Shown here: positions 52,133 to 64,000 of the stretch, piece by piece
Layout: each line of letters begins with the position of its first letter
How positions within the stretch are numbered: position 1 is the first letter of the stretch
DNA from: Octopus sinensis
Taxonomy: Eukaryota
Assembly (NCBI RefSeq): GCF_006345805.1
Contig: NC_043006.1
Coordinates: 93,682,001 to 93,746,000 of the forward strand
Direction of reading: 5' to 3'
DNA: 64,000 bases
Notes under the pieces: model-generated
Told to the model about the DNA's origin: nothing
Seen by the model: only the letters and a program-made list of their open reading frames with translations
Databases searched by the model: none
Program-made: the position numbers and the translations under genes

Positions 52133-52487
52133 AATTAATAAGAGGACTGAGCACTAAAGTGGATTCCTATATGCTAAAGATAGACGTCAAATCGCCTTAC
52201 CTCAACAGTGTGTTCTTAAGGAAAGAAAATCTCAGCAAACGCCAGAATGTAAAAAATAAGTTGGACAAATGAAAATATACAAAATAAAACGATTACCAAC
52301 GTATAATGATTCCGTTATTAACACTTGCAAGTGTTAATATGATATTTTCATTTGTCTTGCTTATTTTTACATTCTGGCATTTGCTGAGATTTTCTTTCCT
52401 TATGAACACACTCTTCGTGGTGAGGCGGTTTGACGTCTATCTTTAGCATATAGGAATCCACTTTAGTGGTCATTCCTCTTATTAATT
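52133..52487. repeat. ~355-bp imperfect palindrome with an internal perfect 24-bp palindrome
   Basis: Arms of ~145 bp. TATTAACACTTG|CAAGTGTTAATA at 52316-52339. Related fragment at 59935-59990. Confidence 0.9.
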
Positions 52488-52544
52488 GTAATATCATTTT
52501 TAAATCATCGGATTTATATAAATGTATATGTATATGTATATGTA

Positions 52545-52700
52545 TTTTTTCTCTCCTTGTTTTTTTCTGGGTCCCTTTCTGTAGAAGAGCATAGGCTCGA
52601 AACGTAAATGACTTTTTCTATTCCTGAGCGTTAAACTAATGCATCTGCTTGTTTTCTACACCACTTGTCGTCATATTTTGTTTTTTCGTAAACTCTCCCT
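52545..52700 (+). mobile_element. Hammerhead-bearing element, family H1
   Basis: 52575-52610 CUUU-CUGUAGA-A-GAGC-AUAG-GCUC-GAAA-CG-UA-AAUG. Confidence 0.75.
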
Positions 52701-52717
52701 GTATATGTATATCTATC

Positions 52718-53540
<823 letters not shown>

Positions 53541-53541
53541 C

Positions 53542-53572
<31 letters not shown>

Positions 53573-53607
53573 AACATATACACACACACGCACACACACA
53601 TATATAC

Positions 53608-53925
53608 ATCCGATGGAAGCATTTTAAAGAGCTGTGGGCCGTTGAAGCCCAAGCTGTTGCAGTATCTGGTCCTGTATTTTGATGGCGATGCTGGGATCTT
53701 TGGCACTATGTAGTGGCGCCCTGTTCTACAGTGTGAACTTTCAATGCCAAAGTTTGGTACAAGGCCTTCTAGGATTTTCCAGATGTATTTCACTGCATAT
53801 CTCTCCCGCCTTCGTTCCAGGGAGAAGAGTTTTAATTCTTTAAGTCTTTCCCAGTAACTGACATGTTGCATCGAGACGATTTTCTTATTGTAGCTTTGTT
53901 GGATTGCTTTGAGTTCAGCCGTGGA
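53608..53925 (-). mobile_element. CR1-group LINE fragment
   Basis: YWERLKELKLFSLERRRERYAV.YIWKILEGLVPNFGI...YCNSLGFNGPQLF. Confidence 0.9.
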
Positions 53926-53944
53926 CTATATATTTATATATATA

Positions 53945-54142
53945 GTCACCATGATAGATCGGTAGCTACTACACACATTTTTTTCCTGGTTTCTCTCCTT
54001 GTTTTTTTCTGTGTCCCTTTCTGTAGAAGAGCGTAGGCTCGAAACGTAAAAGACTTTTTCAATTCCGGAGCGTTATACTAATACATCTGTTTGTTTTGTA
54101 CACCACCTGCCTTCGTCTTTGTTTTTTTTTGTGAACTCTCCC

Positions 54143-54144
<2 letters not shown>
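53945..54144 (+). mobile_element. Hammerhead-bearing element, family H1
   Basis: 54017-54052 CUUU-CUGUAGA-A-GAGC-GUAG-GCUC-GAAA-CG-UA-AAAG. Flanked by (TA)n. Confidence 0.78.
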
Positions 54145-54197
<53 letters not shown>

Positions 54198-54208
54198 ATA
54201 TATATATC

Positions 54209-54239
<31 letters not shown>

Positions 54240-54482
54240 TGTGGGTGTGTTGTACTTCTCCCTCGCCACATTTTGAAAGCCGCTGTTTGTTTGTTGGTGT
54301 CTCCATCGGTTCGACAAAAGAGGACGGTTTACTAAGAACCAGCGTGAGAAAATAAGTACTGAGGCTGATTTGTTCAAGTAAAACCCGTCAAAATAATTTA
54401 CTGGAAATGTTGAGGGTGTCAGTGTTTGTTGTGCGGTGGAGGAATGCGGTGACGGTGGTGGCATTTTTGTGTTGATGGATGC

Positions 54483-54531
<49 letters not shown>

Positions 54532-55044
54532 TAGAGAGAGAGAAAGCGGGAGAGAACATATCTTTGAAAGCTAGTTATGACGCGGATTTTAGCGTGAGTC
54601 GTAGTATGAGGTAGGCTTGTTGGAGCAAAGAAGGGATGTTGTTGGTGGTGATGGTGGTGTCGGTGATTGTCGTAGCTGCATAGGCGGGAAAGTGTGTTGA
54701 TTATGGTTGATACGGGTTGATCAGACAATCCCTCCAAAATACTCTTCAATCCTCAACAACCAGCCCACGCAGGGTTTATTTTGCCGGACTCTTGCCCCAA
54801 GACTTATCCCCACCTCCGCACACATACCCCTACACCCAATATCATCACCCCACGCTACTCAACCCCCACTTCGCTAACCAAGGCTTCTGGCCTCATCTCC
54901 ACCACCTATTTTCATAGAACGCTTTTTTAACCCCTTACACACTTCACCTCGCGTCAACATCTCCGATCCCACCACTACCACCACCACAATATATATATGC
55001 AGTCCCTAACATCGCCTCTCCAACTCTACCACTACCTCCACCAC

Positions 55045-55200
55045 CACCGCCTTGAAGAACTTTTAGTCCAACAAATCAAAGCCTTGATTTATTTTTAAAG
55101 CCTGGTACTTATTCTATAGGGATTTTTTTTGCCGAACAGCTAAGGTACGGGGATGTCAATATACTAACACCGGTTGTCAAGTAGTGGAGGAGGACAAACA
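55045..55200 (-). mobile_element. SINE family A, degenerate 3' half
   Basis: GCCTGGTACTTATTCTAT...TTTGCCGAAC.GCTAAG.TACGGGGA. Confidence 0.7.
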
Positions 55201-55572
55201 GATGCAAAGACACACATGTGGACATACATTTATATATATATGCATATTTATACATACATGCATACACACACACATATATCATATATATATATATATATAT
55301 ATTTAGTGTAGGAAGAAATGGAGCTGAACGAAAATTTAAGATTTTTCCTTGTAAACTGTTTCTAACATTTTCTTATTATTATCAAAGAATGTATATATGA
55401 TTTGTAATATTTTGTGACAACCAGTACTTAACACTACAAAGCTTTTACAAAGCTTTTGCATTTTACTTTTGACAATCTTTTTCTAAAAAAAGTGAAACTG
55501 GTCAACTGAATAAGCATCTTTTAAAATTGCATTTTCAAACCTTCTTTCATATATATATTATATATATATACT

Positions 55573-55601
55573 AATAATAATAATAATAATAGTAATAATA
55601 A

Positions 55602-55681
<80 letters not shown>
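55573..55681. repeat. (TAA)n microsatellite
   Basis: Direct inspection. Confidence 0.95.
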
Positions 55682-55687
<6 letters not shown>

Positions 55688-55924
55688 AATTACAATATAA
55701 TATATGTATCATATATATTATTTATTATTTAACTGAACGCGACGCATCCATATCCAAATAGGTTTATATATATATATATATACATATTAAATTTCTAAAT
55801 ATCTCATAGAGATATGTACGGTGGTGGGGCGATAGAGTGGTTGTATACTGTCAACTTAACGTGACAGTCCTGTATATATATATATATATATAATATATAT
55901 ATATTTTTTTTTTTTTTTTCAAAA

Positions 55925-56130
55925 TGTGACCTCGTGTGTACCGTAGGCGATTTTTTCCCTCTGTCTTCCCTTCTCTGGATCTTTCCTTTTCCTATGTGTC
56001 CGACGAAGAGCTCCGCTCAAAACGTTAAACCCTCCTTCTTTCCTTCTTTCCTGAGCGTCCAATAATACTATTTTTGTTCCACGTCCTCGCGTTGTTGTGT
56101 TTTTTTGTGCTTTCTAGTTTGGATTAACTT
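55925..56130 (+). mobile_element. Hammerhead-bearing element, family H2 (core mutated)
   Basis: 55996-56030 GUGU-CCGACGA-A-GAGC-UCC-GCUC-AAAA-CG-UU-AAAC. The body is homologous to 42070-42277. Confidence 0.75.
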
Positions 56131-56139
56131 TACATATAT

Positions 56140-56285
56140 ATACGATGTGATTCTTTCAGTTTCCATCAACCAAATCCACCCACAAGGCTTTGGTCGACCC
56201 GAGGCTGTAGTAGAAGACACTTCCCCAAGTGGAACGGAACCCGGAACCATGTGGTTGAGAAGCTAATTTCTTCCCAGTCAGTCAC
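56140..56285 (-). mobile_element. SINE family A, 5' half
   Basis: TTCTTTCAGTTTCC...GAACCCGGAACCATGTGGTTG. Confidence 0.8.
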
Positions 56286-57539
56286 AGCTGTAAAGCAAAG
56301 AAAAAAGGAAACGAAATATTATTGTACGGTTTAACAGGTTTCCCGCCTGCGTTAGCCCATAAGTGTATCGAAGCGTGGTTTTCTTTCGTTAATGAGATCA
56401 AAAACGTAATTAATATTCATTGTAATTATTTCTAACGTCGAAACAAGGCCAGAAATCTGATGGGTGGGTAGGTAGGTGATGGAGAATCATTACTTGATTC
56501 AATTAATCTTCAGTATTTTATCAAACCCCGATCAATTAAAGACGAAGTTGACCTCGATAGAATTTGGATCAAGATCATATTTACTGCAAGTTATTTTTCG
56601 CTGACATTCTAACGCTTCTTCCAGTGAACAATGCAGTAATAATTTGTAGCTACAAGGCTGGTCAGAAATTCGTGGATAGGGACTAATCGAATAAATCGGG
56701 CTCAAATTTTAACAAACTTTATTTTAATGCCCCGAAATGGAAAAACGAAAATTTCGAACTTGGCAGGATTCGAATTCTAAGCGTCGGTACTAGATGCTGT
56801 AAGGTCCAACATTCTGCCCAACCTACTAGTCCACTGTCCTCGTAATAAGCACAATATTTCTGAAACTGGCACAAGGCCTCAAATTTGGAGTGGAGGAGAG
56901 TTCAAATCTATAGGTCCCAACTTGTGTCCGCGGACCCTTGCTGGTCCGCAAAGGTAGTACATATATATATATTGCTGGTATTTATAGTGTGTTAAATACT
57001 TTTAGTATGCAAATTAGGGACTCCTTCATAGAGAAAATGCTGGATTTGTTGAGTATAAACAGTTTGGCTGCTTGTTTCTCTGGGGACTGCCAGAATCATG
57101 TGTACGCCTCTGGTGAGAAACCCGTAAGATTTTAAAATCGATGAAGGGTGTTCATTATTCTTTTTTTTCAGAATACGTGGTTTAAACGATTATATCGACC
57201 CTAGAACTTTGACGGTACTTTGTCGACCGCGGCAGGTTGAAAAGCAAAGTTGTCTCCAACAGGATTTGAACTCAAAATGTAGAGTCGTAGTAAATACTGC
57301 CAGGCATTTCACCCCCGACGCTCTAATGGGTTATAATACTGGATGCTCATTAAAAGTTACTAATAAAAGCTCCAAAAGATGAAGTCCAAGTGGTAAGTTT
57401 AACGAACAACCTGGTTCGGTCGCATCATAGAGATGACAGCAATGATGTAACGAGAGGAGAAGCAGAAAAACGATAAAGGATTACTGCACAAAGCAACAAT
57501 CCAAGATTTAGATAATGATGGTTTCAAATTTTTGCACAA

Positions 57540-57716
57540 CACCAGCAATTTCGGGAGTGCGAGTATTCGATTACAGTACTCACTGTAATTTTATCGACCC
57601 CGGAAGGATGAAAGGCAAAGTCAACCTTAGCGGAATTTGAACTCAGAATATAAAGATGAACGAAATACCTCTAAGTTTTTCGCCCAGCGTGCTAACGATT
57701 CCGCCAGCTCGCCGCC
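57540..57716 (-). mobile_element. SINE family B
   Basis: TTTATCGACCCCGGAAGGATGAAAGGCAAAGTC...GCTAACGATTCCGCCAGCTCGCCGCC. Confidence 0.85.
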
Positions 57717-57979
57717 CTTAGGTTCCGATGGTAGTGACAGCTGATGTGCTTTATTTTACTTGGTTGAGTCCAATGGCTGCAACGAGAGATGAAATCAATG
57801 CATACACGCATGCACACACACACATATGCATATACATACTCACACGCATACACACATATTCATACACACACACATAAATATATACATATAGACAGATATA
57901 TGTATATAATACACACATATATATATGTTATATATGTATATATATATGTATATTATGTATATATATATATGTATATAAT

Positions 57980-58094
<115 letters not shown>

Positions 58095-58099
58095 AGCCT

Positions 58100-58365
58100 C
58101 TTTCTTCAGTCGCCTCTGTTTCATCTATTCCGCGAGGCGACTGAAGAAGGGGAATTTTCCTTGTATTGTATGTCCTGTACTCTATTTTTTCGTTGTTTAA
58201 GAAAAATGTCCATTTCCTTGGTTTTGTGTTTATGTTTTCGTTTCTCATTGTGTTCGACGTTTTTTTTTTTGGTGTCCTGTACCCATATATGCATGTATAT
58301 ATACATGTAGAGGTAGGTACGTACATATATGTATGTATATATGCATATGTTTTATTTATTAATTT

Positions 58366-58370
<5 letters not shown>
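58100..58370 (+). repeat. Dispersed repeat (shared with 35040-35270) with a 5' fold-back inversion
   Basis: TTCTTCAGTCGCCTC...GAGGCGACTGAAGAA, perfect 15-bp arms. Confidence 0.8.
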
Positions 58371-58401
<31 letters not shown>

Positions 58402-58844
58402 ACAATCCCTGACATCACCTCTCTTCCTCTACCGCCACCTCCACCACCACAACCATGTATTCCGCCGCCTAAAATCTCTTCGCTTTCTCTTTCTTATGTC
58501 AATTACTGCGTGTCGCTCCCTTTCTCTCGCCCCCTCCACTTCAGTCACGTGTACCACCGTGTCACTGTAGCAACAGGGCAACAGTTAACTTGACCTCTGC
58601 ACACGTGCCCACCTGACCCCGAACAGAGCGCCAAAACAATACTTGTCAACTCACCTTCCCCTCCTCTCGCCACCCCTTATTATGCAACTAACTCGTCCCC
58701 TTCTCTCACCCCCAACACCCTTCACTCTTGTAGTCCTCCTCTTCCTCCCTATTTCCCCCTCCTATCTTTCGTTATTTCATTCCTACTCCTTCACCTCTTT
58801 CATTCCTTCTTACCTATTTTTTCTTTTGGTTTATTCTATTATTG

Positions 58845-59257
58845 TTTTACTTGTTTCAGTCATGTGACTGCAGCCATGCTGGAGCACCGCCTTTAGTCGT
58901 GCAAATCGATCCCAGGACTTATTCTTTGTAAGCCTACTACTTATTCTATCGGTCTCTTTTGCCGAACCGCTGAGTTTACAGGGCGTAAACACCCCAGCAT
59001 CGGTTGTCAAGCGATGCTGGTTGCGCACACACACTCACACAAACACACACATACAAACAAACACACGCACACACACACAAACACACACACATATACGATG
59101 GCTTCTTTTATCTCCATGTACCAAATCCACTCACAATGCTTTGGTCGGCCCGAGACTATAGTAGAAGATACTTGCCCAAGGTGTCACGCAGTTGGACTGA
59201 ACCCGGAACCATGTGGTTGGTAAGCAAGCTACTTACCACACAGCCACTCCTGCGCCT
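58845..59257 (-). mobile_element. SINE family A, full length
   Basis: Reverse complement of the family consensus with an internal (CA)n. Confidence 0.9.
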
Positions 59258-59272
59258 ATTTACCTTTATTTA

Positions 59273-59492
59273 CAGGGTGACCCAAGAGCAGGTTTGCAGT
59301 TATTCAACTACATATTTCGCATTCATATATTAACAGTGTAGATCTTAATTATAAAAAGAAAATGAATCTATTATTTAATTTTGTCAAACTCCGTTTTCAG
59401 TTTGTAAGATAGAAATCTAAACGTAATAAAACGCTTTACAAGAATTTAAAGGACCTACGTGATAACTGTTAACCTACTTTTGGGTCACCCTA
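59273..59492. mobile_element. Tc1/mariner-type MITE
   Basis: TA-CAGGGTGACCCAAGAGCAGGTTTGCAGTTAT ... ATAACTGTTAACCTACTTTTGGGTCACCCTA-TA, ~31-bp imperfect TIRs. Confidence 0.8.
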
Positions 59493-59496
59493 TATA

Positions 59497-59582
<86 letters not shown>

Positions 59583-59604
59583 GTGTGTGTGTGTGTGTGT
59601 GTTG

Positions 59605-59806
59605 TTGAAATTTACAGAAAAACAAAAGACGAAGACAGGCCTATAAGGTGTATAAACAAGAAGCTGGTGTGTTAGTTTGACGCTCGGGAAGAGAGAAAGT
59701 TTTTTTACATTTCGAGCCTACGTTCTTCAACAGAAAGTAACACGAGGAAATAAATAGGGAGACAATAAAAGAAAAATTGTGGAATAGCGGTCAATTATGG
59801 CGACTG

Positions 59807-59810
<4 letters not shown>
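59605..59810 (-). mobile_element. Hammerhead-bearing element, family H1 (diverged)
   Basis: 59702-59737 minus strand: CUUU-CUGUUGA-A-GAAC-GUAG-GCUC-GAAA-UG-UA-AAAA. Confidence 0.7.
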
Positions 59811-59863
<53 letters not shown>

Positions 59864-60659
59864 GCACATATATATATACATGCATATATGTATATATATA
59901 TATGTATATATATATATGTATATATAAAATTTGAAGGACTGACCACTAAAAGTGGACGGTCAACATGCTAGATATAGACGTCAAAATCGCTATTTTCCAC
60001 GAAGAATATATATTTGTGCGTTTGTATGTATATATATAAATATATAATCAATTTGTGTGTTAGTATGTATATATATATATAAATATATAATCAAAATAAT
60101 CAACAAGTGTTATTTTGATTCTTATCACCTTATTTTGAAATTGCATGGATTATACCGTACCAAATGCTAGAGCATAAACTTAAGTACAATATTCATCTGA
60201 ATCTAACTTATATATATATGGAAGAGCTTACCTTCAAAACCAGATCTATGCAATAGAATGACTTTTGAGTAATTGAGGAAACAAGAAATTGAATATATCT
60301 GATTTTGATAGGAAGACTAAGATTCGCCTCCTGTCTCTATGGCATTTATCCTAGTGTGAGTGAAAAAAGTCTCACTGTGTTTTAATGGTTATCATGAAAT
60401 CGACCGAATATGCACTTATACCGGTTTTAAAAGGCATAAATAATGAGCTTTAGTTGTTTCTATTTTCGTGCAGTTTTGATTTACAGCTGTTTCCGATATG
60501 CATTGTAGGTGTATACCTGGCTCTGTTTACTCAACTGGTTTATTGGTCGACTGAAGAGGATTGAACGATCTAAAAAGTAAATGCTATCATCGTCGTAGTC
60601 TGCGCACCGAATGGTAAATTGGACGTGTGTGTGTATTCATTTTTCTTTCTGTTTTTTAA

Positions 60660-61050
60660 ATTCGTTTCAGTCATTTTAATTGCAGCCATACTGGAGCACC
60701 GACTTTAGTCGAACAAATCGCCTCCAGGATCTATCCTTTGTAAGCCTAGTACTTATTTTATTGTTCTTTTCAGTCGAACCGCTAAGTTACGGGGACATAA
60801 ACACACCATCATCGGTTGTCAAGTGATGTGGAGGGACAAACACAGACACACAAATACACACACACACGTACGCACACACACACACATATATATACGCCAG
60901 GAATCTTTCAGTTTCTGCCTACCAAATCTACTCACAATGCTTTGGTCGGCCCGAGGCTATAGTAGAAGACACTTGATCAAGATGCCACGCAGTGGGACTG
61001 AACCCTGAACTATGTGCTGGTAAGGAAGCTGCGTACCAGGCAGCTACTCG
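60660..61050 (-). mobile_element. SINE family A, full length, diverged
   Basis: Both halves are present with an internal (CA)n. Confidence 0.85.
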
Positions 61051-61210
61051 TCGGTAAGACATAAATCCGAAAAAGAAGCCTAGTCTAAGTTACAGAGCAG
61101 TATATACTATAAATAAAGTTAGATAAGACCGGTTTGTGGGGTTACCCTGGTCTAGAAGTATCAGCTCCGGTTAAATTAGAATGTACCAAAAAATCTCCCT
61201 ATTATCATAT

Positions 61211-61311
61211 TTCTTCTTCTTCTTCTTCTTCTTCTTCTTCTTCTTCTTCTTCTTCTTCTTCTTCTTCTTCTTCTTCTTCTTCTTCTTCTTCTTCTTCTTC
61301 TTCTTCTTCTT

Positions 61312-61341
<30 letters not shown>
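61211..61341. repeat. (TTC)n microsatellite
   Basis: Pure trinucleotide run. Confidence 0.97.
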
Positions 61342-61342
<1 letters not shown>

Positions 61343-61377
61343 ATATCGTTATCCTTTTTGTTGTTGTTGTTGGCGAG

Positions 61378-61570
61378 GCGGCGACCTGGCAGAATCGTTA
61401 GCATGGCGGACGAAATGCTTTCGCACGTCGTTATGTTCTGAGTCCAAGTCCTTGTCTTTCATCCTTTCGGGGTCGATAAATTTTAGGTACCAGTGAAATT
61501 CTGGGGTCAATGTAACCGACTAGTCCCCTTTCCCCAAAATTTCAGGCCTTATGCCTATAGTAGAAAGGAT
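61378..61570 (+). mobile_element. SINE family B variant
   Basis: GGCGGCGACCTGGCAGAATCGTTAGCA...TTTCATCCTTTCGGGGTCGATAAA, alternative tail ending GTAGAAAGGATTATT. Confidence 0.8.
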
Positions 61571-61583
61571 TATTGTTGTTGTA

Positions 61584-61646
<63 letters not shown>

Positions 61647-61813
61647 ATTACGAGCTGGTAGAATCGTTAGCACGTTGGACGAAATTCTTATCACCGTTTC
61701 ATGTGGCGCTTTACGTTCTAAGTTATAAAATCTCACCGGTGTCAACTGTGTCTTATATGCTTTTAGGGTCGATAAAATAAAGTACCATTTGGCATTGATG
61801 TAACTGACCAAGC

Positions 61814-61979
61814 CAGTGGTTCCCAACCTATAGTCCATGGACCCCTGGTAGGCCACAAACGTAGTACTGGGGGTCTGTGAACATGTCAAGCTGACAGACT
61901 TTTCAATATCTTGGGGTCGGTGGGAAAACTCATTTAAATAAAAGGGGTCCTTGGTAGTGAAAAGGTTGGAGAACCATTG
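61814..61979. mobile_element. hAT (Charlie-like) MITE nested in a SINE B fragment
   Basis: CAGTGGTTCCCAACCT ... AGGTTGGAGAACCATTG termini, subterminal GGACCCCT/AGGGGTCC. Confidence 0.75.
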
Positions 61980-62208
61980 GAGAACCCTTCCCTCCTGCTT
62001 TGTACTCACATTAGATAGAATTAGCAGCATTTCGTCCGTCATTACGTTCTGAGTTCAAATTCCGTCGAGGCCGACTTTATCTTTCATCCTTTCGTCGTTT
62101 CAAGCCCTGGGGTTGATGTTATCGACTTGCCCCCCCCCCACTGTGCCAAAAATTGAAACCAAATATCATTATTATAGTGACTACTTGTAAGCTGCGATAG
62201 TCGTTACG

Positions 62209-62419
62209 GGCGGCGTGCTGGCAGAAACGTTAGCACGCCAGGCGCCGTTACGTTCTGAGTTCAAATTCCGCCGAGGTCGACTTTGCCTTTCATCCTTTCC
62301 GGGTCGATTAAATAAGTACCAGTTACGCACTGGGGTCGGTGTAATCGACTTAGTCCGTTTGTCTGTCCTTATTTATCCTCTCTTTGTTTAGCCCCTTGTG
62401 AGTAGTAAAGAAATAGGTA
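62209..62419 (+). mobile_element. SINE family B with an internal deletion
   Basis: GGCGGCGTGCTGGCAGAAACGTTAGCACG...TAAAGAAATAGGTA. Confidence 0.88.
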
Positions 62420-62875
62420 GTGGTGGTGGCAGCGGATGGTGTTGGTGATGGTGTTGGCGATAAATGAAATGGCGGTAAATGTGATTAGGTGTTGCGTACG
62501 GTGGGTAATTGTAGAAGGGCGTCAAAGACCTGTTACTGTTTGCGTTAATGGCCACCGCTGGATGGCAGGCTGTCCGGCCTGTGGGCTGGTTAGCTCTTTG
62601 CTTGTTTGTCTGGTTGTGGTCGTTTCATGCCTGACTGCCTACTCTGCTTCCTCACCCCCACCCCGGGCTAGTGACTGTATGATGGAGAGTAGAGGAATGA
62701 AGAGTGCCGCCTGTGACGTCGACAATTGCTGGTCGGCTCGTGGGGCTCGGTGTGGAACGGTGACGGTGGGGTACACGGGTGGCAGTGGCGAGATTGATTT
62801 TTTAAAATTTACTAATTGCATACTAGAATAAATTGTTAATCAAATTTTTAATTCATTTAGCATTATCCCGCCTCT

Positions 62876-62928
<53 letters not shown>

Positions 62929-62949
62929 ATCTTAATAATAATAATAATG

Positions 62950-62997
<48 letters not shown>

Positions 62998-63113
62998 TTG
63001 ATAATGCCCTGATGCAGTACCAAGCAATGGCTCTCATGGCTGCTGATCTTAACTGATTGGAAGTGTTATCATGCACATTGTTTTACCTTGGTATAAAAGA
63101 TGGGCTTACAGTA

Positions 63114-63344
63114 GGCGGCGAGCTGGCAGAATCGTTAGCACGCCGGGTGAAATGCTTAGCGGTATTTCGTCTGCCGCTACTTTCTGAGTTCAAATTCCTC
63201 CGAGGTCGACTTTGCCTTTCATCCTTTCGGGGTCGATAAATAAAGTACCAGTTTCGCACTGGAGTCGTTGTAATCGACTTAATCCGTTTGTCTGTCCTTG
63301 TTTGTCCCCTCTATGTTTAGCCCCTTGTGGGCAATAAAGAAATA
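63114..63344 (+). mobile_element. SINE family B, full length, with a 7-bp TSD
   Basis: TACAGTA at 63107-63113 and 63345-63351. Confidence 0.92.
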
Positions 63345-63696
63345 TACAGTAAATATTCTGCTCAATACCACAGATTTGCTTCTCAGTTGTTTGACCATAA
63401 CCAGTTGGGCATGTCCCTTAGTGGCTGACAATATGTGCATCTCTGATCACGAGCAGAAGTAGTGGGGGAGCTTCATAGCCGTGTGTTCAAAGGAATTCTT
63501 TAGGGTTTGAATGAGTTACCTTTGGAAACATGGGTCTTTTGTTCATCGTCCTTAAACAACCCTTATTCAGGGACATTATTTAGAGGGATGTGTTACTCGA
63601 CAAGAAGAAAATTCTAACTGGGGCCCACCTGCAAGGTTATGCGCTGTTCATCTTGATATGAGATCACCATGTCACGCACATATGGTTGTGATGACC

Positions 63697-64000
63697 GCTA
63701 AAGGATGAAAGGCAAAGTCGACCTCGGCAGAATTTGAACCCAGAACGTAGCAGCAGACGAAATACCTGTTTCTTTACTACCCACAAGGAGCTAAACACGT
63801 AGGGGACAAACAAGGACAGACAAACGGATTAAGTCGATTATACCGACCCCAGTGCGCAACTGGTACTTAATTTATCAACCCCGAAAGGATGAAAGGCAAA
63901 GTCGACCTCGGCGCAATTTGAACCCAGAACGTAAAGGCAGACGAAATACCTGTTTCTTTACTACCCGCAAGAAGCTAAACACAGAGGGGACATACAAGGA
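63697..64000 (-). repeat. Head-to-tail tandem of headless SINE B units (period 184 bp), running off the window
   Basis: Junction GCAGACGAAATACC-TGTTTCTTTACTACCC recurs at ~63761 and ~63945. Confidence 0.88.

Noticed and set aside
63005-63695. Complex sequence after (TAA)n starting GCCCTGATGCAG, possible hammerhead or retroelement UTR
   Set aside because: CUGAUGC lacks the conserved A9, no paired GAAA half was found, and there is no second copy or ORF in the window.

Overview
AT-rich, microsatellite-saturated animal DNA, most likely octopus or another coleoid cephalopod (inferred from the SINE families). It is intergenic or intronic: I recognise no host protein-coding exon, tRNA, rRNA or CRISPR array, and most ORF-track entries are translated microsatellites. 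The window is mostly transposon remains: a 5'-truncated but nearly intact CR1-group LINE (10469-13319) with four shorter relatives, two Penelope-like element (PLE) remnants with GIY-YIG domains, a Tx1/L1-clade 3' end inside (GATA)n, a Tx1/L1-like ORF1-only relic, two RLE-type retroelement tails, mariner and Tc1 remnants, MITEs, four SINE families (about 40 copies or fragments) and a ~1.8 kb array of a 37-bp minisatellite. The strongest signals are: (1) hammerhead-ribozyme motifs, namely two canonical type I hammerheads downstream of the PLE GIY-YIG relics and two families of ~200-bp non-coding elements in (TA)n carrying ultra-minimal, presumably dimer-dependent variants; (2) at least eight fold-back or inverted-repeat structures, several built from PLE-like or hammerhead-bearing sequence; (3) two SINE-LINE 3'-tail partnerships, one with a CR1-group LINE and one with a Tx1/L1-clade element. 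All calls were made by eye and coordinates of degenerate elements are approximate.
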